Source: a virus (Duplodnaviria; Caudoviricetes). From it: a stretch of 64,000 nt of DNA. The notes beneath the pieces are model-generated. The model made no database searches. It saw only the letters and a list, made by a program, of their open reading frames with translations, and was not told where the DNA came from. This document shows positions 15,534 through 26,500 of the stretch, one piece after another. How positions within the stretch are numbered: position 1 is the stretch's first letter; each line of letters opens with the position of its first letter. The translations under genes and the position numbers were made by a program. Location: positions 23,780-87,779 of the IMG/VR virus record IMGVR_UViG_3300037424_002164; one strand, written 5' to 3'.

Positions 15534-17383
15534 GCGCCGAACCTAAACCGATGCCCATCAGACTCCACATCGCCGAAGACCTGAGCCTGCCGCTCGAGGC
15601 CGTCACCCAGACCTTCGCGATCCTGGCGAAGCGGCGCGCCGGCAAGAGCTTCACTGCCCGCAGGTTCGCCGAGCAGCTCCACCATGCTGGTCAGCAAGTC
15701 GTCATAGTGGACCCCAAGGGGGACTGGTGGGGAATTCGTTCCTCAGCCGACGGCAAGGCGCCGGGTTTACCCTTCGTGATTCTCGGTGGCGAGCATGGCG
15801 ACGTGCCGCTCGAAGCCGGCGCCGGTTCCGTGGTGGCGAAGCTCGTAGTCGAGGAGCGGGTCAGCGTCCTGCTCGATCTTTCTCATCTACGGAAGTCCGA
15901 GGTCGCGCGGTTTATGGGAGGCCCAATGCCTCCGAGGGCGGGGGAGGAAGGTTTTCTGGAGGTTCTCTACCGGCTGAAGGCCCGCGAGCAGTATCGCACG
16001 CCGGTGATGCTCGTGATCGACGAGGCCGATGCCATCGCCCCGCAAAGGCCCATGAAGGGAGAGGAGCGCATGCTTGGTGCGGCCGAGGATGTCGTCCGCC
16101 GCGGTGGGCAGAGGGGTATCGGCTGCATGATGGTGAGCCAACGTTCGGCCGTCCTAAACAAGAACCTGTTGACCCAGCTCCAGGTGCTGGTCGCGCTGCG
16201 CACCATCTCTCCGCAGGATCTGGGGGCGATAGACGCATGGACCGACGTGCACGGGACTGAGGCAGAGCGCAAGACGCTCAAGGCCAGTCTGCCGGCACTC
16301 CCGACCGGCGACGCCTGGTTCTGGTCTCCCGGTTGGCCGACCGCGGAAGGCATCTTCAAGAGGGTTCACGTCCTGCCGATCAAGACCTTTGATTCGGGAG
16401 CCACTCCGGAGCCTGGCAAGAAACGGATCGAGCCGAAGAACCTGGCGGACATCGACCTGGAAACCCTGAGCCGGCAGATGTCGGCCACCATTGAGCGTGC
16501 CAAGGCGGATGACCCGCGCGAGCTGCGCAAACAGATTGTCACGCTTCAGGCGGAACTTCGGAAGAAGGGGGTTACGGCGCCGGCTCCGGATCCGGACGCG
16601 ATCGAGCGGGCAAAGGCGGAGGGTTACGCCGCCGGCGTGAAGGACGGGCGGGCGGACACGGATATCATTGCTGAGCACTGGGAGCGAGCGGCAGCGTTGA
16701 TCGGACAGGCGGAGTCGGTCATGAGCAGCGCGTTCACAGCGGTGATTTCCTCCCGGAACCAGCCCAAGCCGGTATTGTCAATGCCCGCCCCTGCGCAGGT
16801 TGTCAACCGGCCGGGAGTAGGCAACTCGCCGCTGACAATTGCGGAGCGCAAACTCGCCGCAGAGCGGCTCAAATCGGTAGGGGAGCAGATCAGTTTCGCG
16901 CGGGTCGTTTCCAGAGAGTTCGAGCGCAGCAACTCCGGCCTGCGGCGGATGCTGATCGCCCTGGCGCAGCGGAATGGCCTGAGCGCCCGGCAGCTCGGAG
17001 TCCGGGCGGGGATGTCCAGCTCGAGTGGAACGTTCGGCACGTATATGGGAAAAGCGCGGTCGGAAGGCTGGATCACGGGCAGCCGGGATCGGCTGGAAAT
17101 CACCGAGGCGGGTCGGAAGGCTCTGGGATCATACGATCCCTTGCCGGAGGGCAGGGAACTGCTGGCCTACTGGCTCGGAGAGTTGGGCGGGGGCGCGGCG
17201 CGGATGCTCGAAGAGCTGGTAAAGCGTTACCCGCGCGCGATGACGGCCGAGGAAGTGGGCGAGGCGGCTGGAATGTCCGCGGCGAGCGGCACGTTCGGAA
17301 CCTACCTCGGGAAACTGCGGACGCTGGAGCTGGTCCACGGCGGGCGCTCGGATCTGAAGGCGAGCGAGGAGTTGTTTGGATGA
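15530..17383 (+). CDS. HerA/FtsK-like P-loop ATPase (DUF87-type) with two C-terminal winged-helix repeats
   Basis: Walker A AKRRAGKS, IVDPKGDW, Walker B LVIDEAD, RRGGQRGIG.MM.SQR; repeated AGMS..SGTFGTY.GK. Confidence 0.85.
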   Translation: MSAEPKPMPIRLHIAEDLSLPLEAVTQTFAILAKRRAGKSFTARRFAEQLHHAGQQVVIVDPKGDWWGIRSSADGKAPGLPFVILGGEHGDVPLEAGAGSVVAKLVVEERVSVLLDLSHLRKSEVARFMGGPMPPRAGEEGFLEVLYRLKAREQYRTPVMLVIDEADAIAPQRPMKGEERMLGAAEDVVRRGGQRGIGCMMVSQRSAVLNKNLLTQLQVLVALRTISPQDLGAIDAWTDVHGTEAERKTLKASLPALPTGDAWFWSPGWPTAEGIFKRVHVLPIKTFDSGATPEPGKKRIEPKNLADIDLETLSRQMSATIERAKADDPRELRKQIVTLQAELRKKGVTAPAPDPDAIERAKAEGYAAGVKDGRADTDIIAEHWERAAALIGQAESVMSSAFTAVISSRNQPKPVLSMPAPAQVVNRPGVGNSPLTIAERKLAAERLKSVGEQISFARVVSREFERSNSGLRRMLIALAQRNGLSARQLGVRAGMSSSSGTFGTYMGKARSEGWITGSRDRLEITEAGRKALGSYDPLPEGRELLAYWLGELGGGAARMLEELVKRYPRAMTAEEVGEAAGMSAASGTFGTYLGKLRTLELVHGGRSDLKASEELFG

Positions 17384-17667
17384 CAGACATGGACAACAGG
17401 ATTAAGTTGTACCCGGAGCCGGAACCCGGCGTCGAAATAACGGTTCGCTACGAGGGCCCGGTGCGCAAGATCACCACCGTGTTCTTCTTCCCCAACGGAG
17501 CCATAGCCTGCTGCGACGAGCGCGGCGAGCAAGTCGTAGAGTGGCAGACAAATCTGCTGTGCGATCATCTCCGGAAGATGCGGGAGGCAGGAGTTATCGA
17601 CAAGTCCACCAAACTGAACGTGGCGGGCGAGGAAATCACCGCCGGAGAATACATACCGTGGGAGTGA
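17380..17667 (+). CDS. Hypothetical protein
   Basis: ATGA coupling. Confidence 0.6.
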   Translation: MTDMDNRIKLYPEPEPGVEITVRYEGPVRKITTVFFFPNGAIACCDERGEQVVEWQTNLLCDHLRKMREAGVIDKSTKLNVAGEEITAGEYIPWE

Positions 17668-17867
17668 ATCTACATTGGCGGCCGGTTAAGGGAGGGAAGG
17701 AAGTCGGCGGCGGTGCGATTCGTGAGCTGCTTATGGATAGGAAACGATTCTGGGATGCTTCCGACGTTCCATATCTGCAAGGCCTGCGCGATGGGGGAGT
17801 GGACGGCGCGGCTGAGTTGATCGAGGCGATCAAGAAGCACCAAGAGATCGAATTGTACGTCCAGTGA
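17664..17867 (+). CDS. Hypothetical protein
   Basis: GTGA coupling. Confidence 0.55.
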   Translation: MNLHWRPVKGGKEVGGGAIRELLMDRKRFWDASDVPYLQGLRDGGVDGAAELIEAIKKHQEIELYVQ

Positions 17868-17877
17868 TGGTACGGAA

Positions 17878-18111
17878 GTGAACTCCCGGCAGCAGGCGGC
17901 CATGCTCTTGCGCATCTTTGCGAAGCTGGCCACAGTTCCCTTCATCCGTGAGAAGCTGCGCCGGGCAGCGGATTACGTGAAGGCAACCGAGGCGATCGAG
18001 GACCCGGTACAGCTCGGGGGCATGCTGTTTATGGACAGCTTCGACACTGAGCGGACCAGGCGGAAGACAGAGGAATTGTGGGATGCTCCTCCCATGGCCG
18101 GAGGACGATAA
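17878..18111 (+). CDS. Hypothetical protein
   Basis: Fills the operon gap. Confidence 0.45.
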   Translation: MNSRQQAAMLLRIFAKLATVPFIREKLRRAADYVKATEAIEDPVQLGGMLFMDSFDTERTRRKTEELWDAPPMAGGR

Positions 18112-18122
18112 TAGAGGGAGAT

Positions 18123-18515
18123 ATGGACCTGAACCGTGAACAAATCGCACGCATTGCACACGAGACGAACCGTGCGTATTGCGAATCGATAGGCGACCTG
18201 AGCCAACTTCCTTGGGACGCCGCACCGGAATGGCAACAGCAGTCTGCCCTGAGCGGGGTAACTTTCCACCTCGAAAACCTGGCGGCAGGCGTAGAGCCAT
18301 CCCCGTCCGCAAGTCACGACGCCTGGCTGAAGGACAAAGCTGAGGCGGGCTGGACCTACGGCCTGGTGAAAGACGTGGAGAGAAAACGGCATCCGTGCTT
18401 CGTCCCCTACGACCAGCTCCCCGCTGAACAGAGGATGAAGGATTATCTGTTTGCCGCTATCTGTGGCGCCTTCTTTCGATGCCACTCGATTGCGACGATG
18501 AGCAGCTCGGGATAA
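18123..18515 (+). CDS. RyR domain-containing phage protein
   Basis: IARIAHE, SHDAWL..K..AGWTYG..KD...KRHPCFVPYDQLP..Q..KD. Confidence 0.88.
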   Translation: MDLNREQIARIAHETNRAYCESIGDLSQLPWDAAPEWQQQSALSGVTFHLENLAAGVEPSPSASHDAWLKDKAEAGWTYGLVKDVERKRHPCFVPYDQLPAEQRMKDYLFAAICGAFFRCHSIATMSSSG

Positions 18516-18522
18516 AAGCAGG

Positions 18523-19068
18523 ATGGAGATTTCGCGCAGGAACTTCGTAGCGGCAGTGATCTCTGCGGCAGCGGGCTATCACCTGCCCAAGGCCTTGGGT
18601 GCCTATCAGCCAGGCTGGAAGCCTCCCATCGGCGTGTGGCTCCCCCATGAGCTTCATGCCTTCATCCACGAAAGACTCGGCAGCATCGATCTTCGGATTG
18701 GAGGAGAGACCCGGTACTTTGCCACCGACATCGACACCTACAACCCTCTCACGAGGGCGGTGTCACCGGCGAGCCAGATCCTGATGGGCTGCTATGTTCG
18801 CTACCAGTCCCTGGCACATCTTCCGGCTGACATGAACCAAGCTGAGCACGCCGCCTGGAAAATGCTCGGAACGTTTTCGGTGATCGGCCCGGATGAACTC
18901 GGCCCAGGCAATGGACTCACTTGGTATTCGATGAAATTCTCCGAGGTAGCCTGCGAGTCCGACTCCGATGATGTCGAGGTCGTTTCTGGTGACCAGGTGG
19001 TAGTCTGCGAGTTCGACGATATCTATGTCTCTGGTGACCCGGTAGCGATGGAGCGATTCCGATCTTGA
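18523..19068 (+). CDS. Tat-leader protein, paralog A
   Basis: MEISRRNFVAAV leader (S-R-R-x-F consensus). Confidence 0.7.
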   Translation: MEISRRNFVAAVISAAAGYHLPKALGAYQPGWKPPIGVWLPHELHAFIHERLGSIDLRIGGETRYFATDIDTYNPLTRAVSPASQILMGCYVRYQSLAHLPADMNQAEHAAWKMLGTFSVIGPDELGPGNGLTWYSMKFSEVACESDSDDVEVVSGDQVVVCEFDDIYVSGDPVAMERFRS

Positions 19069-19075
19069 GGTGTTG

Positions 19076-19669
19076 ATGGAGATTTCGCGCAGGAACTTCG
19101 TAGCGGCGGTGATCGCCGGGATCGCGCTCCCCAGGCTGTCCAAAGCCCTGGGCGACTACGATCCGCACTGGCAGATGCCGATCGGTGTCTGGCTGAGACA
19201 CGAGCTCCACGTCTTCGTGCATCCGAAGCACGGCAGCATGGAGCTGCGGATTGACGGGCGCACCCGGTACTACGCCACGGACATCGACACCTCAAAGGAG
19301 GGCATGCGGCCGGCCAGCCACTTCCTGGTAGGGTGCGACGTTCGCTACGGTCAGCGGTACCGAGACTATTCCGGATACTGGAGCCCCGCAAGAATGGCCG
19401 CAAACCGGTTGTTCCTGACTTTCGGGGTGCTTCAGCCTAGGGATCTCGGACCGGGCGGCGGGATCGACTGGAAATTCATAATACCGGACCTTCCGGAAAA
19501 GAACCTCTGCTCCATGGAAAACATCTACGTGGCCGGCGATCAGCCGCATCGGAGGATGACTCTCTCCACGCTCGAGCGGGGCGCGTGGGCCTACATGACC
19601 TACGAATGCGCCCCACAGCCGATCGTGGACTTGAGCCAGTGGCGAATAGGCGGGTTGGACAGGGTCTAG
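19076..19669 (+). CDS. Tat-leader protein, paralog B
   Basis: Same leader; PIGVWL.HELH.F.H...GS..LRI.G.TRY.ATDIDT shared with A. Confidence 0.7.
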   Translation: MEISRRNFVAAVIAGIALPRLSKALGDYDPHWQMPIGVWLRHELHVFVHPKHGSMELRIDGRTRYYATDIDTSKEGMRPASHFLVGCDVRYGQRYRDYSGYWSPARMAANRLFLTFGVLQPRDLGPGGGIDWKFIIPDLPEKNLCSMENIYVAGDQPHRRMTLSTLERGAWAYMTYECAPQPIVDLSQWRIGGLDRV

Positions 19670-20028
19670 TCCAGCTCCAGGTAGCTGGTCACCCGCCACC
19701 CGTCGTAGTCCGGCCAGCGGCCCTGCGGATCGTGGAACTGCCCGTTCTCGTAGTAGACCCAGTGCCAGCGCCGGTTGCCGTTTTGCCTCATCACCAGCAG
19801 GGCGCGCCGGGGGTACTCCGGCCGGGCCCGTGAGATGGCATGGCAGCGGTCTACGGACCTGACACCCAGCCGGCGCAGAGCGGCGATGATCTCGCGGGTG
19901 CTGGTGCCCCCACGCCGGCCGTGCCCCACCGCCTCAATCGCCTTCGTGAGCGACACGCCGGCGGCCATGGCCACGCAACACTGGCCGCACAGGCTGCTGT
20001 CGATGGGCTGGCGCACGAGAACGGTCAC
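19666..20028 (-). CDS. Peptidase C39-like (papain-fold) protein
   Basis: Q...LCG.CC.AM, GTS, HWV, DP (Cys-His-Asp). Confidence 0.7.
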   Translation of the reverse strand: MTVLVRQPIDSSLCGQCCVAMAAGVSLTKAIEAVGHGRRGGTSTREIIAALRRLGVRSVDRCHAISRARPEYPRRALLVMRQNGNRRWHWVYYENGQFHDPQGRWPDYDGWRVTSYLELD

Positions 20029-20504
20029 GAGCTCTCCTGGATGTAGCCCGCCGGCGGGTTCTGGTTCAGCCAGATAGCGGTTTCGGCCTCCCTGCGGCCG
20101 TCGAGCACGTGCGGAACGCCGCCCGCCCAGTGCCAGCGCTTGATCTCGGAGGGAACCGCCGCCTTGTCTCCGGCGTTGAGCTTCCGGAGCAGGGTCGAGG
20201 CTCGCAGCGCGCTGGTTCCTACGTTATAGGCGAACGAGACCAGCGCATCGTACTCGTGCTGCTCGAGCGGGACAGCCACGATTCCGTTTACCACCTTGGC
20301 TACCGCCCGCACTTTGACACGCAGGCGGTGCGCCGCCTGTTGTTTCGTAAACACCCGATCGCGGTAGAACTCGATTTCCTCCGCGGTGAGCTGCGTTCCG
20401 TAGCCGATCGCCCGCTTCGAGGAGCCGGGCGGGTCCGGGTACATCCTGGCCCGGAAGCCCTCGGCGAGCTTCAGGAAGGAGATGATGTTCTCGGACGGAA
20501 TCAT
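20025..20504 (-). CDS. Endolysin, GH24 phage lysozyme family
   Basis: EG....Y.D, IGYG, DALVSFAYNVG, STLLRKLNAGD, W..AGG..L.GRREAE. Confidence 0.92.
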   Translation of the reverse strand: MIPSENIISFLKLAEGFRARMYPDPPGSSKRAIGYGTQLTAEEIEFYRDRVFTKQQAAHRLRVKVRAVAKVVNGIVAVPLEQHEYDALVSFAYNVGTSALRASTLLRKLNAGDKAAVPSEIKRWHWAGGVPHVLDGRREAETAIWLNQNPPAGYIQESS

Positions 20505-20546
20505 GGTTTTGGGGGACAAGCAAAGACGGTAAAGGACGGTACAAAC

Positions 20547-23500
20547 TCAGAAGCCGGCGGCTGGCTTGAAGGCTGGAGTGCCGAAGGTCTTACGTTTGGT
20601 CGTTCGTTGTCGCTCCAGGGCTTTGGCGCGCCTGTCCTGGTTGCTGGCTCTCGCGACTAAGCCCGGAGCGAACAGATCCAGGGATTGGCGGAGGTATTTG
20701 TTGCCCTGGGAGTACTTTTCCGCCGGGTCCAGGAAGCCGGTAGACTCGCCGAGGGTCTGGCCTACGTCGCCAAAGAAGCTGTTCAGCTCCATGCCGGCGG
20801 CGCGCATCCGCGCCCCCATCGTCGGCCATCCCGCGGGCGTATTGGGATCGACTGACGGGAAGAACTGCGGGTTCAGCCGGCCTGCTTGATCGCGGAAACT
20901 GGTCAGGTAGGTCTCTTTGAGGAAGACCCCGGTGAATACGGAGCGGGGCACCGGGCCGAGGCCCGGGTGGACGAGTGCGTTCAGGCTGTCGCGCTGGGCC
21001 GCCTCGAGTTGCTGCCCGAAATTCCCTCCCAACTGACGTGTTTCGAATGCCCCCGTAAGCCCCAGGGCGCGGGCGCCACGGCCGACCAAGGGGTTAAAGG
21101 CATTGAAGCTCAAATAGCCAGTTTCCGGTCCGTCGCCCCAGAGCGCCCGGCCGAGCTTGGAGTAGCGGTACTTATCGAGAGGGCCATTGCCCCCGCCCAC
21201 CGGAAGCTGAAATAGCTTGGCGCGCCTGTCTTCGGTGGGATATTTGCCCGTGAGCAGCTTCGAGGCGATGACCCAGAACGCGAGCAGCCCGAGCGCGCCC
21301 GCGGTTAACAGGTACATCAGGCGCAGCGCCCGCCAGCCTTTGGGCATCGGCCCCAATCCGGTCCAGGCGTTGACGCCGTTCGCCAGCGCAGTCGATCCGG
21401 CCGTGAAGAACGGAGCGATGCCCCACTCCTTCAAGGCGCGCTCGATCTCGCTCCACAACTCCGGCGTGTAGTTGCCGAGCTGGTTCACAAAGAGAGACCG
21501 CTCTCCGGCTTGGCTTTCCTCGGGGAAGAGCGCCTTGGCAATGTCCCACATCACGATACGCGCCCGCGCATCGAGTCCCTTCGGGCCGTAGAGCATCGGC
21601 CCCAGCGTGAGGGGGAAGTGTTTCAGCGTGGCTCCAGTGGCTTCGGCGTACTTGCGGCTGTAGGTCTGCGATCCATACTTGGAGGGCACTCCTCCGATAT
21701 CGGCCACTTCCAGCAGCTTTTCCAGATTTTCCGGCGTTGTGGGGTCGGTCTGGAGCAGCACCTTCCACACCACCGCCAAGGACTTGACCAGCGGCACGGA
21801 CACCGCTTTGTCGGCGAGGGTAGGACCCAGAAACGGCGTGTTCGAAACGAGCGCGCCCAGCACGTTGCGTGCGTGAAACACCATATCCAGGGGGCCGATC
21901 AGCGAGAGGGTGTTCAGGGTTCGGACGATTTTCCGCGACGGATCGGCCGAGTGAGGTTGGTGCTCGAGGATCGGCTTGAGTTCGCGATGCAGCCACGCCG
22001 GCAAGATGTCCATGCGGGTCTTCAGGGGAATGGTCTTCTTATCCTTGATAAGAGTTCGCGCTTCGGAAACCGGCACCTGAACGCCCGTGTACTCGACGCC
22101 ATTCCAGACGATGGTGTCCTGCCCTTGCTCAGCCGGCTGGAGCAGCCCTTCCTCTTCTAGCACCTTCAACAGGGCAGCCCGGTCGTTGGCGCGAATGGCG
22201 CGGCTCAGCCGTTCCTGGAAGGCTTCCATCCCGACGTCGTAGCCTTCCGCCAGGCCGGTCGCGAATTTGTTGGCGGCGTTTTTCGGCTTCTTGTAGGTCA
22301 CGCGCGAACCGAAAAACCCGGGATTGCGGTCGAACGGAATCAAGGGATAGTAGGTATCGAGCGGCCCCAGAGAGTCAGAAAACACACCTTCATTCAGGGC
22401 GTGGTTCTGCGCCATCGGCGCTTCGACCAGGCGCTTGTAGGCCCGCAAAGCGTCCTGCACTTGCGGATCTGAAGTCACCCTGTCGTACCAGCGCGGCTCC
22501 ATCACTTCGGCAACGTTCGCCGCGGCGTCGGAGAAGGTCTGCCCCAGAAACTCCCGCAGGGTGTCCCAGTCCGCTGCTTCATCCAGGGCCGCCGCGGTTT
22601 CAACTACATCCTGCGGGATCCCGCGCTTCCCCTGAATCGCGCTCAGCAGACCGGCAAACTCCTCTTTGAACACTTCCTGGAGCTGGGTGTCCTCCATTGT
22701 CGAGATTTGTTCGGCGAATCGTTCCCAGCGTTCCCGGATACCGCGGAGCCTCGACTCGATCAGCGCCAGGCGCAACTCGGGCCAGGTGAAATCGGAGCCT
22801 TTGAGCGCATCGAGGATTGTTGGAACAGCCGCGCGCAGGATGACCCTGGACTTGGCGTTGGATGAGGCGGTGCGGAGGGCTTCCCGGTGCACGCGGGCGC
22901 TGGCGCGACGGGTCTGGCCGAGATTGCGGCGATAACGGGTTTCCAGTGGTCCGAACACCCCGCGCAAGCCGCCGTAGTTTACTTCGGCGCTTTCCTCCCC
23001 GAATCTCTCGGACAGCCATTCGCCGATGGAAGCCAGGTCCATGTCCCCGGCTTCGCCGCGCCAGAAGGATTCAACCGGCCTCACCTTGCGCAGGCTCCAG
23101 TCGTTCGCCTCCAGATCCTCGGTGTCGTAGACCATGCTCCGGGCTGCCGTATCGACGTAGAGCGAGTCCGCACCCTTGGCGGCCCGCTCCACGGCCTGGC
23201 GGAGCCGGGAGGGATCGACCGCCTCGAGGCCCTGGATCTCGATCCCATTGCCGCGCGTGCGGATGTAGCCCGAGCGAAGGAGCTGGTCCTTATTCTTGCC
23301 GCGGAAACGGCTCAGATTCTGGTGCTCGGCCTCGGCGCCGAGGGGGATCACTTCGCCTTCCGGAGTGACCCAGAAGCCAGCGGTGCCGCGGCGGGGGGCT
23401 ACTGCTTGGGTGGCGGGGAGGTCGGCGGCTTGGCTTCCTCGGGCGGGAACACCTTGTCGAACTCCTCCGAGTAGTTCCCCCGGAGCTTCGCGCGCGCCAG

Positions 23501-26500
23501 GCGCATAGCCCGGCTGGTAGCCCTGGCGTCGAGCTTCGGCGGCTTTGGTTCGGGTTTCATCGAGGACTCCATTCAATTGTGACGCAATCCGCGGCAGCCG
23601 GGAGACAATTTCTCCCCCGTGCCGCTCGATCAGATAATCCAGATACCGGCTGAAGAGCTGCTTGGCCTCGTCGCGCGAAATGCCCATGCGGGCCCAGCCG
23701 CGCGGCCCTTGCGCCAGGTGCGCGCCGATCTCGGCGGCCATGGCATGCATCTCGTACTCGCTGGTGATCCGCGGGTAGCCCGTTTCGGTGAGTCCCCGAA
23801 GCGCCCGGCGGGCGAGCTGGTCTTGGAGGAATGACTCGGCGTCAATGTGTTCGACGCCAGCCTTCCCCTCGCCGCCTGCCTCCTGTGTCTGGAACCAGTG
23901 GAAGCGCTCGTGCTTGATGCGCTCCCGAAGCCTCTGCCAACTGTCTCCCGGGCGGTGGCCGACGATCAGCAGGGGCCGGAAGTCCGACACTCCCGCTTCC
24001 AGCTCCGCGGCGATCGCTTCAATCTTCGCGCGCGCCTCGGGCGAGACGTTCGGTGCGACTTGGCGCAGCGTGTCCACCATCCGCAGGACGCTCGTGGTGG
24101 TGAAGTGCATCCCGGCCCAGGTTTGCTGGTGTTTGGGAAGCACCGCTTTGAGCAGGTTGAGCGCGTTCTGGTCGGCCCACAGGAAGCGGGGCTCGGTTTG
24201 ATCGTGCAGGAATAGCTTCGGATCGGCGGCCGCCAGCTTTTCGAATTGCGGATAGTAGGTGGGCGGGTGCTCCGGGAGGGAGTCTTCCTCCAGGGAGGCG
24301 AGATCGCCCTGGGGTGGATTCTCCGCCGGGGGATTTTGGGTCGCGTCCACCTTCGCTCTTAGCCGTTCGAGCGATTCCTCTGGGGTCTCGTCCGGCGCCT
24401 CGAATTTCTCCTGGAACCGCTCGAATTTCTCCTTGAATCCCTTGGGCATCACGGCCCAGTTCCAGTCGAGTGAAGCCTCAGCCTGGCGCGCGAACGCAAC
24501 CGCGTGGTAGTCCTGGTGGAAAAAGTTTCCCATCCGCTTGCCGCTGGGAAGGTGGATGACCTCGTACGACTTACCCTTGGTCACTTCCCTGACCCCAAGG
24601 TACTTGCCGACGACGCGCACCTGGACCGGGTACTTGCCGTAGTCGCTCGCTGCAAAGATCCGCCGGGACGGGAACCAGTCCGCATGCATCGAGGTGGTTG
24701 GATCCAGGCGCATCGGCCGCAGGGGATCCCGCCGGTTCGCCTCTTGTTCCTCGTCCGCGCCGAGCGCTTGCCGGTCATTCGCTTCCGCGCCGAGCTGGTC
24801 GGATAGTTCCTGCTGCCGGCGGAGCATCGTGCGGAGCTTCTCTTCACCCTTGAACGGCTGGCCAAGCCTGCTTTCGAGCTCCACCTGCTGTTTCTCGAGT
24901 CGGCGCAGTTGATCCTTACCGTGTTGCAGGCTCTCTTCGAAGCCGCGCAGATGGTTGTCGGCCGATGCGATGGTGCCGGCGGGGTTGGCGTCATAGTTGA
25001 CGCTGACCCGGTAGGTGCCGGAAGCCGCCCGCAAACGAAGTTGCGGCGCACTGAAGTACTTGAGCTCAAAGCGGCTCTCCATCTTGTCCCATTCCACATG
25101 GACCTGAGTCGCCCGGGAAAGGTCCAATTCCTTCAGACCAAAGGCATCTCGTTTATGGATGTCGTGCCAGTTTTGTTGGAATCCTTGTGCCGTTACCTGG
25201 TAGTACAGCCACTTGTTGTCCGGCGTCATCTCGCGAGCGAAAAGGAGGTTGGCGCCGACACTCTGGTCGGTCTTGGAATGCCTGACCCCAAGTTCGGCGA
25301 AATGTGGCGTGGCCTCGAGCGGAATGCCGTGGTACGTCGTTTCGATTGACTGCGGTTCGGTGATGACTCCGACCTTTTTCAGGCGCTCGATGAGGATCGG
25401 GGCGCCCTCGGCCCGAATTTCCTTCTCCTCGTAGCGCTTCCCGTCGATGACCAGCGCACTGTCGGAGTTCCGCGCGGCAATGTCGGTGGTGAAATTCTCG
25501 ACCCGCTGTCTCGCTGCTTTGGTCTCCTCCGGCAGGGTTGCGAGGGTTTGGGAGATCGTGGCCTGTTCGGTCAGCCAGGTTCCGCGCATGATCTCCGCCT
25601 TCAACACTTCCTGGTCGAGGATGATCTTCTCCCGCACCAGCGGGTTGCCGGAGGATACGGCCTTCGCCTGCTCGTAGCTCATCACCGCGGGCGAAAGCTC
25701 CTCGATCCGGCGTACTGCCGGATCTCCGTTCATGAACTGCTGGATCGGTTTGGCCTTCGCCGAAACCGTCTCCCACATGAAGGCGTCGAACGTTCCTTCC
25801 GTCATGTAGCGGTAGATGCGGACCGGGATCTTGTGCTCGTCCCAGAGTTTGTTGCCCTGGCGTTTGATCCGTCCGTCGCGCTGCTCGATGTCGCGCGGGC
25901 GCCACGGAGCGTCCAGATGGTGGTTGGCGATCAGCCGTTCCTGCACGTTCATGCCCGCGCCCATCTTTTCGGTCGATCCGATCAAAACGCGCACGTCTCC
26001 GCGATTCACCCGCTCGTAAAGCAGGAGCTTCTGTATGTCGGTCTTGGCGTCATGGATGAAGGCAACCTGTTCCGGCTTGAAGCCTCGCGCGATCAGCTTC
26101 TGCCTGATCTGGCCGTAGACCGTGAATATCTCCCGCTGCTCGTCGGTGGTCACGACTTCTTCGGTGACTTCCTCCTCCTTTTCGTCGTAGAGCGTCTCCT
26201 CTTGGTCCGCGACGTTGGCCACTTCCTCTGCGGCTGCCGGTTTCGCTCGGGTGACTTTCTCCGACTTCGGGGTGGAGAGATCCAGGAAGACGAGTTGCGC
26301 GGCGCGATACTGGCCGAATTCCTTGTTGATGGCGACGATGTTGTCGATCGCTTTCGCGACTTTGCTGACCGGCTCCTCTTCGGCCAGCGGATCGACCAGC
26401 CGCATATCGAGCGAGGCCTTGCGCCCGTCGCTCGAGAGTTTCAGCATGTTGTCGATCGAGGGGTCCTTGATAACGCCGTTGCGGATGTCGTCGGCACGCT

